Below are positions 60,673 through 64,000 of a DNA stretch of 64,000 nt, piece by piece. The position numbers were made by a program, and so were the translations under genes. The notes beneath the pieces were generated by a model that ran no database searches, was not told the origin of the DNA, and saw only the letters and a list, made by a program, of their open reading frames with translations. The stretch is taken from contig CAJFCJ010000019.1 in NCBI GenBank assembly GCA_904063045.1, positions 2,247,700-2,311,699 of the forward strand. The letters run 5' to 3'. Position 1 is the first letter of the stretch; each line of letters begins with the position of its first letter. Origin of the DNA: Dimorphilus gyrociliatus. Taxonomy: Eukaryota; Animalia; Annelida.

Positions 60673-62011
60673 TTATGGTGATTTTCTAACAGCTAGTTTC
60701 CTCAATCGGCTTCTTGCTTCTCCTCTACAACTTATGTATTCGTACCGAAGAATATTTGGTATCAGTGTTGAATCCCTTATCATAAATATTTCCGATATTT
60801 TCCTAAAGTTTTTGAATTAAGAGTATGTTAAAAGAAAAAGTGTTAAAAAAACTTGTTGTAAATATCTTACCATGAGGCAATTATAGGAAAATATTGTGTC
60901 AGTATACAATGGACAAAAATAAACCATACAAGTCCGAAAAGTGCACCAATAGACGCTCCGCAGACAACTTGATGGCTTGAATGGTACAGCAGATACGTTC
61001 TGTTAGTTTGATAGGTGTTTACAATAATAAATCACTAATTTGATATGTTGTGTAATAACCTGCTGTAGCATACTATCACTGAATGGATAAGAATACCAAC
61101 TGTGAGTATGTATTTCCAGATATTCTCGACGATATTAACGTTACGATGCACTCTAAGATAGATAGTAGTTTTATTAAATAGACGTGTTTCGATCTTCCAT
61201 TTAAATTCTGTTCTTGTCTTACCTAATATGGAGGAAAAGGCTCAGATATATGGAAAAGAATACCATAAACTGTGCATGGCTTGAAGGCATTCCGAACTCA
61301 GAAAATAAAACTCTACCTTCTATAAAAGAATTGTTCTATTTATAAAAGAAATCTTGCAGTCAAATTTAATTTTGTTAAGCTTACTGTATGATGGCCTTGG
61401 CTCCTTAATGGTATTCTTTAGTATATAATTTATACCTTCATTAACTAATAAACCCAGGAAAAAGGAAATCTAAATAGAAAAATGGAAAAATAAATAAACA
61501 GGTGTTTCAACTTTATTTAATCTATAAAGTTGAAGAAATAATTAAAATGACTTATTTTTAGAAATTTTTATTATTACTCTAGTTTTTTTTATTACTAATT
61601 ATAATGTAGATATAAGCCAATAAATGTTATTGACAATTAATTGTCGATTGAGATGCTTTGAGCTCTTAATGTTAGACATAATTAAGGAAAATTAGTTTAA
61701 TTGTTGTTTACTTACTGTATGCAACTCTCTTCTAAATAACATTAACGCTGCAAAGCCACATAGTATTATTACAGGACTTAAACTACTAATAGCCAACAAC
61801 TTTCCAAAAGAGTCGCCTGTTATATGATAAAACACCTAATTATCACTCATTACAAGTTTTATTTAGTTTTTATCATCGTTATACTTATAGTATGCAATAT
61901 AACCTTACCTTCTGGATATTCAACATGAGTAAGTGAAAGGGATTTCCATTTAGTCTCACTATTTAAATGTATATTATCTGTATATTCCTCAAATTTTGTT
62001 TTAGTAACCAT
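60673..62011 (-). CDS. DOLPP1: Dolichyldiphosphatase 1 (PAP2 family)
   Basis: Manual splicing: WKSLSLTHVEYPEGD, LSP..FRRELHTISF, NE.IN..LK..IKEPRP, GMPSSHAQFM, SRVYL.YHS..QV, IRDST.IPN; stop 60673. Confidence 0.92.
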
Positions 62012-62341
62012 CCTTAGAGTTACCAGTTTATCTTGGCGGCAAGTATAGTGCAAAGTCGTTGAACTTAAGAAATTTAATAATAGAGCAATATTTTCTTTTA
62101 ATATCAAAGCAGCGCTCAAGAGCTATTTTTATGTTCTTTTAGTTAGTATATCTCATATTACATAAAAGATTTAATTGCGTTCTACATAATGTAAAAATTG
62201 TGTTTTTAGTCTTTTTATTAAAAAAAGAGAGCAAAATTAATTTAATAACATATGTTGTTTTATTTTTATAGTAATATTTTTATAGATTAAATAAAAATTG
62301 AAAATACGGACGTTTTGTTTGAGTTTTACAGATGTCTTTGA

Positions 62342-63032
62342 TTAGCTGTGGACGGCTGAACCGATGACTTGAATATTATGCACACTTATAAAGTGATCAT
62401 AGCCAGAATCGAAGATAAACTTTATATGTTTTGCTGAACCACTCGACACTGGCAGATCTTCTGTCTGAATTAGGTCATTAGCGTTGTCCAATTCTGTTGA
62501 TTATAGTTAATTGTAGTTATTTTTAAAGCTTTTGTTATTATTTTATTTAGATAATGACAAAATTTGATTGTGTTTATCAAATGCGCAAGACAAAAAAAGA
62601 CATTTACAACAAAGGCTTCACATATTTTACCTCTTTCATGTAGTGGTTCAAAATCTATCGGGTCGTTACTAACACTTCTCTCGATTCGAAAGTGTTTAAC
62701 TAAAAGATTTTTGTTTTAATTAATAATTTGTAAAAGTCATAGTTATTTTATAGACTAACCGCTACTGCAATCAATTTTAATTGAGCTAACACTCATCAAT
62801 CCTTGGAAACTCACAACGAGTTCTTGTGGAAAGAGACCAGTTGATGCCCAAAATGAGTTTGGAGATCTATTTTGATTATTATTAATAATTATTATTTAAT
62901 GCTTCAATCTATTATTATGTGCATAGAATTTATGCTTTACCCATCTATAATACAATCTGGCTGATGTTTCTCGTCGCTTGATGAAGCGAGACTTACTTGA
63001 GCTCCAGAACTTGCGAGAGCGACATTAAACAT
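62342..63032 (-). CDS. IFT25: Intraflagellar transport protein 25 (HSPB11)
   Basis: Four small exons absent from the ORF track: MFNVALASSGAQVSLASSSDEKHQPDCIIDG / FWASTGLFPQELVV / FRIERSVSNDPIDFE / IKFIFDSGYDHFISVH. Confidence 0.93.
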
Positions 63033-63403
63033 CTTGAATACTCAACAGAAATATTTAGTAAAAAACTCTCCGGTGCAACGGGTTTCTACCAGTTTCTTTT
63101 AAAGTGGTCAAGTCCTCAACGCTCATATTGATCATTATTAAAGAAACTTGGGATATCGCCTAGTCACAGGAAAGCGGTAATTTTCAACAAAGTCTTAAGT
63201 AACTCGAAACTATACTTGTTGATGGCCTTTTTAATTGCAAAATGTAACTGGGTTACTTTTTCGAAATAATTTCGTAAGTCATTGTCTGTTTTTAATACGA
63301 TTTAGAGGATTTTGCTAATAATCTGCTGAAGGTAATCCTTTGCTGAATTAAATCAGAGCCACACCTCTCAAAAGTGACAGTTTGAAACAAGAAATCGACA
63401 AAT

Positions 63404-63679
63404 ATGAGTGAAGCACCAAAAGTTACTGAAGAGCAGGCCTGGCAGACTTGCGTTGAAGATCTACGTAGGCAAGTGCCTATGAATAGGATGCCAATGTCCG
63501 AAGCTCTAAAACTGTAAATTACATTTTTTTTCATAGTATAATTTGAGAAAGTAATTAATTTTAGGATGCTGGACTTCGTAGCGGAGAAGAAAGGTGAAGA
63601 TTTCTTGCTTACGCAAGTCGGCAGAAATAGCTGGACAGAAGCAAAGAATAATAAAAGTGGCGGATGTAATTTAAGTTAA
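63404..63679 (+). CDS. GNG: Heterotrimeric G-protein gamma subunit (GGL domain, CaaX)
   Basis: Exons 63404-63513 and 63565-63679: VEDLRRQVPMNRMPMSEA..L.DFV..EDFLL..NSW..GGCNLS-stop. Confidence 0.8.
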
Positions 63680-63749
63680 AAAAAATAAATAGTTATTTAT
63701 TAATATAAATGTGCAGTTGGACGGATAAGTTTTGTAAACAATATTTATA

Positions 63750-64000
63750 CTAATACATCAACTGCATTAACAATGCTTTCAAATGCCTAGCTTCATAGGT
63801 TACAGTATTCTTTCCCGGAGGTATAGGATCTTGTTCCAAAGGTTGTTCAATTACAGCTTTAACATCTTTTCCATAAACTAGAATGACGCAATAAATATAA
63901 ATAAATTTTATATGAAATATTACAGAACGATTTGTTGACTTACGTTCACACTGTTCCAGGAATTGTACACACTCGAGAAGAACTTGATCACGCAGCATCA
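63750..64000 (-). CDS. 3' end of an unidentified protein-coding gene
   Basis: Exons >64000-63944 and 63877-63750 joined by GT-AG intron 63943-63878 give ..QFLEQCELYGKDVK..LLMQLMY-stop. Family not recognised. Confidence 0.7.
   Translation of the reverse strand, partial: MLRDQVLLECVQFLEQCERKSTNRSVIFHIKFIYIYCVILVYGKDVKAVIEQPLEQDPIPPGKNTVTYEARHLKALLMQLMY

Noticed and set aside
61505-61534. 11-bp perfect hairpin in a DOLPP1 intron
   Set aside because: The stem is short and AT-rich and expected by chance; it has no miRNA-length arms or snoRNA boxes.

Overview
AT-rich, very gene-dense eukaryotic genomic DNA. I reconstruct about 27 protein-coding genes in 64 kb; most introns are 45-70 nt GT-AG and intergenic gaps are often under 300 bp. 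Gene content (GRL101-type LDLa/LRR GPCR, Dispatched, IFT25, ADAD-like, Canopy) indicates a compact-genome bilaterian, probably a lophotrochozoan such as a miniature annelid; this is inference, not verified. Order: GRL101-like receptor (5' truncated), fucosyltransferase-like, DsbA-like, RRN3, CNPY3/4, membrane dipeptidase, DUF4062-NACHT-TPR protein, SelO, a small TM ORF, SAM synthetase, pseudo-ADAR, mini titin/obscurin-like Ig protein, VPS35L, tailless H15 winged-helix protein, AASDH, ATAD1, FARS2, divergent alpha-tubulin, EIF3I, DUF1349, Dispatched, SYS1, orphan PxDL-motif nuclear protein, NPEPPS, MFSD11, DOLPP1, IFT25, G-protein gamma, and a 3' gene fragment. CNPY, IFT25 and G-gamma are largely or wholly missing from the ORF track and DOLPP1 appears only by its first exon; these were rebuilt by manual splicing. 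I saw no tRNA, rRNA, CRISPR or transposase. Strongest leads: (1) tandem duplicated, frame-incompatible (mutually exclusive) exons in the single Canopy gene; (2) an LGR-type GPCR with lectin/LDLa/Caspr-like/kringle ectodomain and a spliced pseudokinase-like tail; (3) a tailless linker-histone/SAMD1-type winged-helix microprotein; (4) a catalytically dead ADAR relative; (5) a signal-peptide-bearing Cys-SelO followed in operon-like geometry by a small TM ORF. All family calls are motif recognition by eye and reference sequences are recalled from memory; no database search was run.
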